The position numbers were made by a program, and so were the translations under genes. Below, one piece after another: positions 29,036-37,399 of a stretch of DNA of 53,137 nt. Source of the DNA: a virus (taxonomy: Duplodnaviria; Heunggongvirae; Uroviricota; Caudoviricetes); IMG/VR virus record IMGVR_UViG_2645727867_000003. One strand, given 5' to 3'. The notes below the pieces were generated by a model. It was not told the origin of the DNA. It saw only the letters and a program-made list of their open reading frames with translations, and searched no databases. Position 1 is the stretch's first letter. Every line of letters starts with the position of its first letter.

Positions 29036-29308
29036 TTACAGCATCATGACCGATTCGGGTTGCGGTTCAGTCGCATCGGCGACCGGTGATTCAGGCTGAA
29101 CTTCACCGCTCTCTGCGGTGGTATCTCCCGCTTCAGTCGCTGGCTCTGCCTGTACACCAAGCAGCTCATCCAGAATGGCATCCACTTCTGCATCAAGACG
29201 CGCTTCCAGCTTATGGCGGAGTTTCTGTTTCAGTGCGCTCAGGACTTCTTCAGAGCGCAGGACGTCCTTCACTGCTTCAGCAGTGACCAGGGATGTAATT
29301 TCTGACAT
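29036..29308 (-). CDS. acidic hypothetical protein (90 aa)
   Basis: [22 protein letters not shown]… between nanS-p and the holin. Confidence 0.45.
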   Translation of the reverse strand: MSEITSLVTAEAVKDVLRSEEVLSALKQKLRHKLEARLDAEVDAILDELLGVQAEPATEAGDTTAESGEVQPESPVADATEPQPESVMML

Positions 29309-29348
29309 GGGATTTTCTCGTCGAAAGGTGTGATTAAGAAAGTTGCCG

Positions 29349-29527
29349 CTAAATGAGCGGCTCTTCGGGTTTGCTTCCGGCTGACTGACTGGCGCTGATT
29401 TTCTCAGCGGCCCTTTTGTCAATCTGTCTGCGCCAGAAGTCACGCATGGCCCGGTATCCACCCGAAAGGAGATACAGCACACAGACTGCCGTACAGAAGT
29501 ACAGCATCACCTGATGAATAAAAGTCA
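29349..29527 (-). CDS. small membrane protein (59 aa), below the ORF-track length cut-off
   Basis: Hand translation MTFIHQVMLYFCTAVCVLYLLSGGYRAMRDFWRRQIDKRAAEK… with one TM segment. Weak SD. Confidence 0.3.
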
Positions 29528-29662
29528 TAATTTCTTACCGTTATTGTTGACAATAAGAACTGTTTTCATTTAAAAAAACAGAGCACGAAAGTATCGTTCC
29601 TTTATATTTCTCCATGGGTATTACCACCGCCAGTCCATTCCGGTAGCTGGCGGCTTTTTTTA

Positions 29663-31627
29663 TCATGCCGCAGTGTCTGTGCTGTTCACTTCCACCGCAA
29701 TGCTGTCAATCAGCAGCGTATACGTCGCCGATTTTGATATATCGGTCAGTTGCAGTTTGTCCGCCACCCCCGATGCCGGTGACTTCACCAGTGTGAACGC
29801 CGCTCCCCGTTTCTCATCCAGTACTGGTGTCACCTGAATGCTGTTGTTTCCGGCAAACTCAAAAGCCAGCGTGTGCCATCCGTTATCAAAGACCCCGAAT
29901 GTATCCAGCTTCGCATTCGGCTTCCTGTGATGCATCGCGTTCAGGTTCGTCGTATCCGTCTGCAGAAAGAAGGACATCAGCATATCGTTACCTTCTCCTG
30001 ACAGCGTCACCCCCTCCGGCAGGGACGACAACTGCCAGTAAATGCCCAGGGCAAACTGATTCGGCACCAGTGAACCCGGCAACTTAAACCGTACGCTCAC
30101 ACGTCCGCCCTTCTTCAGTAACTCCGCCCCCTGTCCGGCTGCATCATGCTCCAGAAACCAGATGTGGTTTTCCGGTTTGTTCAGTTGCAGAGCCTTACCT
30201 CCCGTAGCCCCCGCATCACTGACCACCGCTTCAGCAATGTTTTTGTTAACACTGTCTCCGCCCGCCGGTTTGTGATAATAGCGCCAGCCCTGTGATGCCA
30301 GGTCTTCGCCGGATGCCAGCAGACTCATCAGGGTACGCTTACTGGCCGGGGCTTCCGCCTCTCTCTCCGGACCTTCACCGGAAGGTACGGTGGGCCTCAC
30401 CATATCAGGCTGTTTTCCGGTAATGAATTCAGCGGTTCTCCCGGCGTGCACCAGAATCGCCGTTGCCAGACGGTCGGAAATAATCCCCCGGCGTGCCCAG
30501 GTGCTGAAATGGCTCGCCCTGTCCTGTGACGTCCAGGTGGCTGAGCTGTCACGCCATTTCGAACCGTAATACCCGATACCCGGAATGTCCGGGTCTTCTT
30601 CCGGTTTGTTCGTCGGCACATTCACCCCGTTCTCATCCGTCATGAACGGTACGAAATGGATATTCTTTTCCGTTTTGTTTTTATAGCTGCCGTACACCGT
30701 CTGGTACGTGGATTCGTTCTTCTGCTTCCAGAAATACGTCGTATCTCCACATATCCAGGGAACACCGCCAGCAGAGCCACCAACGCACTGACCTGCCATA
30801 TCCGTCAGGTCTGCACGGAATTTATCAACCAGCGCACCAAACTGTGCTGCGTGATTTACCGGCGTACCGCCAAAATCAAATTCCCCCTGCATCCACACCA
30901 CGGCAAACAGCACATTTTTCGGGTTCTTCTTCAGTGCTGCTTTTGTTCGACCGATAAGGTCCTTGTACAGCGGCTTGTCCACACCCCAGCGGGTTGAATT
31001 CTCCGAGGCACCACTCGCGTCACTGTATGTGCCATCAGCTCCGGTGGTGAACGCTGAACCACCACGACAGCACGGAGCCAGCAGAATGCCCGCATTCGCC
31101 GGTATAAACGGCAGCAATTTTTTGGCAATATGCAGCCCCTGCCCCACGGTTCCGTACTGCCCCTTTGACAGGTCCGCTTTCGGATGGTTAAGGCGGCTCA
31201 TGTCCTGCACATCATGCAGACAATGGTCCGCCGGAATGATGTCGTTATATTTGCATGCTGCACCGCCCGGTGTCACCGTACTGCGGCGCGCCAGCTGCTT
31301 AATGCGCGGCTCCGGACGGTCATATGTCTCCGGCAGCGGAAGACCTTCACCATACGACATGCCATTTGACTGCCCTGCCAGAACCACAACAAAGTAATAC
31401 TCCGGGTCGCTGGTGGCACTGACAGCCACCGCCTTACCCTCATTACCGGTCACCGCCACTGGTGTGGTGACATCACCTTCCGCCGCAATGGCCTGCATCA
31501 GGGTATAAGGCGTGATGGCCACCGGACTGCCAAATGGCTGCCAGCCCTCCTTCAGTTTTTGTGTCAGTCGTTCAGCAAGGTCTGACGGCGATGCCGCCCT
31601 GACCACATCGTAGTGTTTAAATGCCAT
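29663..31627 (-). CDS. nanS: prophage-type sialate O-acetylesterase (NanS-p family, SGNH hydrolase) with C-terminal extension
   Basis: Block YYFVVVLAGQSNGMSYGEGLPLP…RIKQLAR…YGTVGQGLHIAKKLLPFIP…CCRGGSAFT…WMQGEFD matches the E. coli NanS/YjhS family as recalled from memory. Confidence 0.85.
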   Translation of the reverse strand: MAFKHYDVVRAASPSDLAERLTQKLKEGWQPFGSPVAITPYTLMQAIAAEGDVTTPVAVTGNEGKAVAVSATSDPEYYFVVVLAGQSNGMSYGEGLPLPETYDRPEPRIKQLARRSTVTPGGAACKYNDIIPADHCLHDVQDMSRLNHPKADLSKGQYGTVGQGLHIAKKLLPFIPANAGILLAPCCRGGSAFTTGADGTYSDASGASENSTRWGVDKPLYKDLIGRTKAALKKNPKNVLFAVVWMQGEFDFGGTPVNHAAQFGALVDKFRADLTDMAGQCVGGSAGGVPWICGDTTYFWKQKNESTYQTVYGSYKNKTEKNIHFVPFMTDENGVNVPTNKPEEDPDIPGIGYYGSKWRDSSATWTSQDRASHFSTWARRGIISDRLATAILVHAGRTAEFITGKQPDMVRPTVPSGEGPEREAEAPASKRTLMSLLASGEDLASQGWRYYHKPAGGDSVNKNIAEAVVSDAGATGGKALQLNKPENHIWFLEHDAAGQGAELLKKGGRVSVRFKLPGSLVPNQFALGIYWQLSSLPEGVTLSGEGNDMLMSFFLQTDTTNLNAMHHRKPNAKLDTFGVFDNGWHTLAFEFAGNNSIQVTPVLDEKRGAAFTLVKSPASGVADKLQLTDISKSATYTLLIDSIAVEVNSTDTAA

Positions 31628-31739
31628 GAATCCTCCCGGCCGGGATAATGTTCTGAGTCAGAGAAGGCACGGGCTGACCTCCGGAAACACAAAAGTCACA
31701 CAGAAAAACAGCCCGCAAAAAAGAAATACGCCCTTACAG

Positions 31740-31769
31740 TTGCGCAAGGTGATTACTCTAAGGTATTAT
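31740..31769 (+). promoter_or_regulatory. sigma70-like promoter (TTGCGC-18 nt-TATTAT)
   Basis: Both hexamers and the spacing are conserved in the paralogous copy at 34487-34516. Confidence 0.45.
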
Positions 31770-31776
31770 TAGGGTG

Positions 31777-31853
31777 CTGAATAAATTACTTCACGTTTTG
31801 TTATTTATTCCTTGCTTCCTTGCCAACCGCTCTTCCCAGGAGCGGTTTTTTTT
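31777..31853 (+). ncRNA. candidate ~77-nt sRNA (promoter to intrinsic terminator), paralog A
   Basis: No ORF. Conserved core ATTACTTCACGTTTTGTTATTTATTCCTTGC, then hairpin CCGCT-N9-AGCGG and T8. Confidence 0.4.
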
Positions 31854-31859
31854 ACATGT

Positions 31860-31885
31860 AAAAAGGCTCCTGCGATGAGGAGCCT
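31860..31885 (-). terminator. minus-strand intrinsic terminator convergent with the sRNA-A terminator
   Basis: Hairpin GGCTCCT-N6-AGGAGCC followed by T5 on the minus strand. Confidence 0.5.
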
Positions 31886-31899
31886 GGATGTATGCCTAA

Positions 31900-32900
31900 T
31901 CTCTGTATACTGCATGGTGCCGGGTGCCTCCCGGTGAACAAATGTCCGTGATATCAGTCGGCCACACAGGAAATGATACGATATCACCCCTCCGCACAGG
32001 GGGATTCACCATGCCCGTTTTTTTTAACAAACTCCTCATCAATCAGACAATCATCAACCTCATGAATTGTGAGGAATTTAACATTTCACAACACAGCCTT
32101 TTCCCTGCATAAAAAAGCCCCTCCGGAGAGGGGCTTCGCTACGTGTCTGTTAACCATATGCATGATGCCGGGTGCCTCCCGGTGAGTTCAGTATCAGCAC
32201 CTGAACCCGCACAGAAAGGATAGAGTAGAAACACCTGCGCTGATATGCCCCTCCGCTCAGGGGGATTCACCATGCAGAACTTTTTTAACAACTCCCCGTA
32301 AGACAGGCAAGCATCAACCATCTGAACTGTGAGGAATTTAACATTTCACAACACAGCGTTTTTCCTGCATAAAAAAGCCCCTCAGGAGAGGGGCTGACAC
32401 TGCGTATCTGTATCATCATGAACATGGTGCCGGGTGCCTCCCGGTGAGTCCAGTCTGGTGTCCCTGAACCCGCGTTTGCATTGCCTACAACAGAAAAGAT
32501 GCAAATCACACCAGTCGCCCCTCCGCACAGGGGGATTCACCATGCAGAACTTTTTTAACAACTCCCCCTCAGACAGGCAAGCATCAACCACCTGAACTGT
32601 GAGGAATTTAACACTTAACAACACAGCCTTTTCCCGCACAAAAAAAGCCCCTCCGGAGAGGGGCCGATCGCTATGTATACACCATAAGCAGCATAGTGCC
32701 GGGTGCCTCCCGGTAGATTCAGCCTGACTACTGAATCTGCGTATTGTGACCATCGCTATGGAGACCATGTCAGACGCCCCTCCGCACAGGGGGATTCACT
32801 ATGCTGGCTCGTTTTTACAAGACTTCCATCGATCAGACAATAGCCCATCAACCGAATTGTGAGTCATTTAACATTTCCATGAGGTAACTGATATCCAGCT
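31900..32900 (-). repeat. tandem array of four ~260-bp structured repeat units (candidate minus-strand sRNA genes), each with a hypervariable internal hairpin
   Basis: Each unit has conserved blocks GTGCCGGGTGCCTCCCGGTGA, CCCCTCCGCACAGGGGGATTCACCATGC, GAATTGTGAGGAATTTAACATTTCACAACACAG and a minus-strand terminator GCCCCTC-CGGA-GAGGGGC plus T6 (32111-32134, 32371-32394, 32641-32664). A 50-70-nt unit-specific segment lies between the first two blocks. Confidence 0.6.
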
Positions 32901-33122
32901 AACAATCATCTACAATGGACGAAGCCAGTTCCAGAACTTGCCCACGGTACAGCAACAACCACTGCATACACATAATTACCACCGGACTCTCTGAACCTGC
33001 CTCCTGGCTAACCCCAGATACAACACCACCAGTCACAAAAGCATCTTATTCTGAAGTACAACTGCCGTGCGGCAGATACTAAAAGCGCCTGTATGTAACA
33101 ACATAAATATACAGGATATGTT

Positions 33123-33401
33123 TTATCCACGGGATATAATTTTGATTTCATCAAAACCGTTACTACCTGCAATTCTGTTGTACTCCTGAACAAGACTCAG
33201 TAACTCCGAATTAGCCGCGGTGAACTCCTCACAGACGTTCCGAAGTGCATCTACATCCAGAAGAACCATCTCCTGACCTGAACGTCGATCAGGGGTACAA
33301 AATAAAACTGTCAGACGACTGAAGACCTTTGTTCGTTCCACATTGACGGCTTCAATACGCTGTAACAGTTGGCTACATCTGATTTTCTCATCAATATTCA
33401 C
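33123..33401 (-). CDS. hypothetical protein (92 aa) downstream of the AraC-family regulator
   Basis: GTG-start ORF in an AT-rich segment. Weak SD. Confidence 0.3.
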   Translation of the reverse strand: MNIDEKIRCSQLLQRIEAVNVERTKVFSRLTVLFCTPDRRSGQEMVLLDVDALRNVCEEFTAANSELLSLVQEYNRIAGSNGFDEIKIISRG

Positions 33402-33489
33402 GCAAACACCAAATGATTATAACTTTTTATGCTGAACACATTCAGACTATATCTAATACAGTCAATCAATATATGCCTGATGAAAAACA

Positions 33490-34215
33490 TCAGATAACGT
33501 CTGCTTTCTGCAAATATGCATAGCTCTCAGGTGGTGCACCATAATACTGGTGAAATACAGAAATGAAGTAGGACTTACTTGAGTAACCACATTTTTCCGC
33601 TATCGCTTGTCCACACTCTCGCTGGAAACATACAAGATTAACAGCAACACGCATTCGCTCCTCCAGCAACAACCGACTAAAGCTATAACCTTCATCCTTA
33701 AGTTTTCGCTTCAACAAGCTTTCGCTCATATGCAATTGTAATGCAATCACACCAAGCATCCAGCCTGCCGATATGTCGGTCTGAATTATAGCCCTTACTT
33801 TACAGCTGATATTATTTACAGCACCGGACAAAAATAATGGCAGACGTCTGTCTGTTGCAAATAAGGAGATACATGAAAATGCGGTTATAACAGAGAAATC
33901 CTTCAAAGTATCACTGGATTCACTATGCTGGGTTATTAAAGCCTCCGCCAGTTCCGTATTGTAAATATCAGACATCAAATAAAGAGGAATTTTTGTCGGT
34001 GTATACTCCGTCAGTTCACACTCCCTTTCCAGATACTGATTGACGACGCTGTTACTTATATCTGCCATTTTCACTCTGTCGGCATAAGCACAGAAAAGCC
34101 CTCTTATATTTCTGGCAACAAGCATAACACTTCCGGCATCGAGTGAAACTTTTTCTTTTTCAAGAAAAATATCTATCGGATAGCGAATCAGGACCACAGA
34201 GCAGGCAACATCCAT
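33490..34215 (-). CDS. AraC/XylS-family transcriptional regulator (GadX-like C-terminal HTH)
   Basis: C-terminal …LLKRKLKDEGYSFSRLLLEERMRVAVNL…CGYSSKSYFISVFHQYYGAPP… is an AraC-type double HTH. AT-rich codon usage. Confidence 0.8.
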   Translation of the reverse strand: MDVACSVVLIRYPIDIFLEKEKVSLDAGSVMLVARNIRGLFCAYADRVKMADISNSVVNQYLERECELTEYTPTKIPLYLMSDIYNTELAEALITQHSESSDTLKDFSVITAFSCISLFATDRRLPLFLSGAVNNISCKVRAIIQTDISAGWMLGVIALQLHMSESLLKRKLKDEGYSFSRLLLEERMRVAVNLVCFQRECGQAIAEKCGYSSKSYFISVFHQYYGAPPESYAYLQKADVI

Positions 34216-34282
34216 TTTGAATTAACCTTAGCAAAAAGACTTAATACCAGTATATTCCAAAAATGGCATTTTGGGAGATTAC

Positions 34283-34455
34283 TTCTGCAAACCGCTCCCG
34301 CTAAATACATCCCTGATTTCCTGCGCAGTCTGTTCAAAACGCCCGGTATCCAGCTCAACGCCAGTTGCACGACGCCCCAGCGCCATCGCTGCTTTAACTG
34401 CCGAACCCTACCCCATGAAGAAATCTGCAACCAGGACACCCAGCAGAAGGGAGAC
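34283..34455 (-). pseudogene. remnant 3' fragment of a DNA methyltransferase gene (paralogous to 35819-35990)
   Basis: Nucleotide alignment to the 3' end of the intact methylase gene. Translation …ADFFMG*GSAVKAAMALGRRATGVELDTGRFEQ… carries an in-frame TAG. Confidence 0.55.
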
Positions 34456-34486
34456 TACAGCCCGCAATTCGAAAAAGGCCACGCTA

Positions 34487-34516
34487 TTGCGCAGAGTGAT
34501 TACTGTCGGGTATTAT
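34487..34516 (+). promoter_or_regulatory. sigma70-like promoter (TTGCGC-18 nt-TATTAT), paralog of 31740-31769
   Basis: Identical hexamers and spacing. Confidence 0.45.
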
Positions 34517-34523
34517 TCGCCAG

Positions 34524-34591
34524 TTGAAGTATTACTTCACGTTTTATTGTTTATTCCTTGCCGCCCGCGTCTCCCAGCGCGGGCTTTTTTT
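34524..34591 (+). ncRNA. candidate ~70-nt sRNA, paralog B
   Basis: Same conserved core as paralog A. The terminator stem is changed in a compensatory way (GCCCGCG-N8-CGCGGGC plus T7). Confidence 0.4.
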
Positions 34592-34599
34592 GTCCATAA

Positions 34600-34860
34600 G
34601 AAAGCCCCTCCGGAGAGGGGCTGAAGCCGCATTTCTGTATCACCATGAGCATGGTGCCGGGTGCCTCCCGGTGAGTTCAGCCCGGTGACACCAAACCCGC
34701 GTATTCTCGCTTACGATCATCAAAGAGATCATACCGTTCACCAGTCGCCCCTCCGCACAGGGGGATTCACCATGCGAAATTTTTTTAACAAATGCTCAGT
34801 CTGACAGGCAACTGTCAACTTACTGAATTGTGAGGGATTTAACACTTCACAGCACAATAT
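34600..34860 (-). repeat. solitary fifth copy of the ~260-bp structured repeat unit
   Basis: Contains all four conserved blocks plus its own variable segment. Minus-strand terminator at 34605-34628. Confidence 0.55.
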
Positions 34861-34910
34861 CTTTCCAGCGCCCCAAAATCATCAGGACAGGAGAAAATCT
34901 TCTCCCCCTG

Positions 34911-35339
34911 TCAGAGTTTAAAATCCAGCACGCCATTTCTAAATGCTTTATATACTCCTGAAGACGGTGGTGATGGTATATCAGCATTCTTTACTGCATT
35001 CATCGCTTCACGACATAAATCGGGATCACCGCTTTCTCTTTTAACCTGTAGCAGAAGACCATTCGGGGCCATATACATTCTCAGTGAACACTCTTTTCCT
35101 GAATACTTACTCGCATCCTTTAACTGTTCTTCTATGGCTTTCCTGACCTGAATGGCATACTGCCGGATTTCTTCACTGGCATCAGGGGTACGTTCCGATG
35201 AGCTCAAATTTTGTGACTTTATTAATTTATCTGAGTGATACAGAGAAGCATCATAATTATTTGTCGATACATCTTTTGTGCAGCCAGTTGTCAGACTGGC
35301 TAATATCAAAACAAGAACCGGTACAGCACGGCAATACAT
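34911..35339 (-). CDS. lipoprotein with TolA C-terminal (domain III)-like region
   Basis: Signal peptide/lipobox-like LTTGC. C-terminal …YSGKECSLRMYMAPNGLLLQVKRESGDPDLCREAMNAVKNADIPSPPSSGVYKAFRNGVLDFKL is collinear with TolA domain III as recalled from memory (…YAGKTCTLRIKLAPDGMLLDIKPEGGDPALCQAAL…FKNAPLDFKP). SD GGAG. Confidence 0.7.
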   Translation of the reverse strand: MYCRAVPVLVLILASLTTGCTKDVSTNNYDASLYHSDKLIKSQNLSSSERTPDASEEIRQYAIQVRKAIEEQLKDASKYSGKECSLRMYMAPNGLLLQVKRESGDPDLCREAMNAVKNADIPSPPSSGVYKAFRNGVLDFKL

Positions 35340-35617
35340 TTATCCATCTCCATATTAACAAGAACAATTATCTATAAAATATAGTAAATATGCGGGATCC
35401 GGGAGGACTTGTAACTATCATCTCCGGATCAGCATGTAGTTTTTATTTTTCCGGATGATATATGCCGCAATAATACCCCTGCATACAGATGCCTGCAAAT
35501 ATCTACGAAGCATCCGGCGAGAATAAACAAGGAAGTCTGAGGCTATCTTATATGATAGCCTGTTGCTCAAAAGACAATGATTCACTCATCAGAACCAACA
35601 ACGCATAATGCTGATAA

Positions 35618-35694
35618 TGGACCGCCATCGAGGACTCGAACCCCGCGCAGCCAGCTTCGAAGGCTGGCGCTCTATCCCGATGAGCTAATGGCGG
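35618..35694 (-). tRNA. tRNA-Arg (anticodon UCG)
   Basis: Hand-folded cloverleaf: acceptor CCGCCAT/ATGGCGG, D-stem GCTC/GAGC, anticodon loop CUUCGAA, T-loop TTCGAGT, 3' CCA encoded. Confidence 0.7.
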
Positions 35695-35702
35695 TATGGA
35701 TA

Positions 35703-35778
35703 TGGTGGCCCTTGCTGGATTTGAACCAGCGACCTGGCGATTATGAGTCGCTCGCTCTCACCACTGAGCTAAAGGGCC
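35703..35778 (-). tRNA. tRNA with CAU anticodon, ileX-like (tRNA-Ile2 read via lysidine, or Met)
   Basis: GGCCCTTTAGCTCAGTGGTGAGAGCGAGCGACTCATAATCGCCAGGTCGCTGGTTCAAATCCAGCAAGGGCCACCA closely resembles E. coli ileX as recalled from memory. Confidence 0.8.
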
Positions 35779-35818
35779 GGGCGCATGATAATAACGGTAC
35801 GTAACTAATCCTGCAATA

Positions 35819-36880
35819 TCATCCATTCTGACTGACTAAATCCTGTACTTCCCTGACCGTCTGCTCAAAACGTTCAGTCTCCAGCTCAACGCCAGTTGCA
35901 CGACGCCCCAGCGCCATCGCGGCTTTGACTGTCGAACCCGACCCCATGAAGAAATCTGCAACCAGGTCACCCGGACGACTGCTCGCACTGATTATCTGCT
36001 GCAGCATTTCTGCCGGTTTTTCGCACGGATGTTTCCCGGGATAGTACTGCACCGGTTTATGCGTCCACACATCCGTGTACGGCACCTGCGCCGTCACGCC
36101 AAAATACCGCCGCAGATGCTTATATTCACTCTGCAGTTCCGCATACTGCCGGTTCAGTGAAGTATACGTCTCCAGCAGCTGGTGGTGGGGCTTTTCCAGT
36201 TCACCCCGCTGATGCTTCTCTTCTGCCACCCGGGCAAACAGCGCCTGTAATTTCAGATAATCGCTTTCGTTCGGTAGCTGCCACTGACTGGCACTGAACC
36301 AGTGCGACACCATGTTTTTCTTTCCTGTGGCATCCACTATCTGTTTTGCCGTTATCCCCAGGGCAGCACGCGCATCACGAAAGTAAGCAATCAGCGGAGC
36401 CATCACATGCTGTTTCAGTGCCCTGCCCTTCGCCTCATAGCCATCATCTTTCGAGCGATACGGCCCCTGATAGTGTTCCGCGAACAGAATGCGCTCTGTG
36501 GCGGGGAAATACGCCCTCAGGCTTTCCTTGTTGCACCCGTTCCAGCGTCCGGACGGCTTCGCCCAGATAATATGGTTCAGCACACTGAAGCGTTCACGCA
36601 TCATGATTTCAATGTCAGACGCCAGGCGATGGCCACAGAACAGGTAAAGACTTCCGGCAGGTTTCAGCACCCGCCAGAACTGCGCCAGACACTGGTCCAG
36701 CCACTTCAGGTAATCATCGTCGCCCTTCCACTGGTTATCCCAGCCCTCAGGCTTCACTTTAAAGTACGGCGGGTCCGTGACTATCAGGTCAACAGAATTT
36801 TCGGGTAACGACCGGATAAATTCCAGGCAGTCGGCGTTGATTAACTCACAACTGGATATTTTTACAGTATTAAACTTGGA
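35819..36880 (-). CDS. DNA N6-adenine/N4-cytosine methyltransferase; the conserved N-terminus lies upstream of the first canonical start codon
   Basis: In-frame translation upstream of the called GTG start reads …ELINADCLEFIRSLPENSVDLIVTDPPYFKVKPEGW…, including the DPPY motif. No ATG/GTG/TTG between the upstream stop (36881-36883) and 36757. Confidence 0.7.
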   Translation of the reverse strand, partial: SKFNTVKISSCELINADCLEFIRSLPENSVDLIVTDPPYFKVKPEGWDNQWKGDDDYLKWLDQCLAQFWRVLKPAGSLYLFCGHRLASDIEIMMRERFSVLNHIIWAKPSGRWNGCNKESLRAYFPATERILFAEHYQGPYRSKDDGYEAKGRALKQHVMAPLIAYFRDARAALGITAKQIVDATGKKNMVSHWFSASQWQLPNESDYLKLQALFARVAEEKHQRGELEKPHHQLLETYTSLNRQYAELQSEYKHLRRYFGVTAQVPYTDVWTHKPVQYYPGKHPCEKPAEMLQQIISASSRPGDLVADFFMGSGSTVKAAMALGRRATGVELETERFEQTVREVQDLVSQNG

Positions 36881-37028
36881 TCATTAAGCCTGTCTCTGAT
36901 AGGCTCATACCGCTTTTGCGCAAAGCAGATGGGCCTGAGGTTTGCTTGTGACCCCAACGCATGAGCAGATGGCTGGTGAGTGCCCCTAACACCCACCAGC
37001 CGCCCATTTACCACAAATAAAAAAGCCT

Positions 37029-37226
37029 TCAGGACTGAAGGCGTCTGTAACAACCAAACTGATAGTCTGCCAGACCCGCCATAACAAGCTGGGTCAGTAT
37101 TAGCTGGCAGCGTTCGCGTGAAAGGTACGTATTCTGTGCAATCTCCCCGACTGTCGCCGGTTCGGTGGCACTTAATTCATTAAAAACTGCTCTGGCGGTT
37201 TCTGTCATATCCTGCTGTTTCAGCAT
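37029..37226 (-). CDS. small putative winged-helix protein
   Basis: MLKQQDMTETARAVFNELSATEPATVGEIAQNTYLSRERCQLIL… with SD AAGGGA. Confidence 0.45.
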   Translation of the reverse strand: MLKQQDMTETARAVFNELSATEPATVGEIAQNTYLSRERCQLILTQLVMAGLADYQFGCYRRLQS

Positions 37227-37399
37227 GTCTTTTTCCCTTTTCCGGTTAACGTGACACACCAATAACTCTTGTCAAAAAAGCCAGCAAGCTGAAAGACCGG
37301 TATTAATAACCACCTGCACATTTTATGTACTGCACCATTTTTCTGGCATAAAAAAGCCGCTCAATGCCGGGCAGTAAAATCTTTATTACTCAGGAAATT

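Noticed and set aside
31900-32900. CRISPR array as an explanation for the repeat-plus-variable-segment organisation
   Set aside because: The conserved parts are ~190 bp with several different hairpins and embedded terminators, far longer and more complex than CRISPR repeats, and no cas genes are present.
31900-32900. Degenerate tRNA genes or extra pR'-tR' copies as the origin of the ~260-bp units
   Set aside because: Hand-folding gives no cloverleaf (no acceptor/T-arm pairing), and the units show no similarity to the actual pR'-like module at 38245-38359.
31628-35600. Shiga toxin stxA/stxB genes in the Q-to-nanS-p interval
   Set aside because: No ORF of suitable size and sequence (a ~315-aa A subunit with a signal peptide followed by an ~89-aa B subunit) is present; the interval is filled by RNA repeats, the AraC-family gene and a lipoprotein gene.
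36302-36808. 168-aa plus-strand ORF antisense to the methyltransferase
   Set aside because: Nested antisense ORF; the minus-strand frame carries the methyltransferase motifs.
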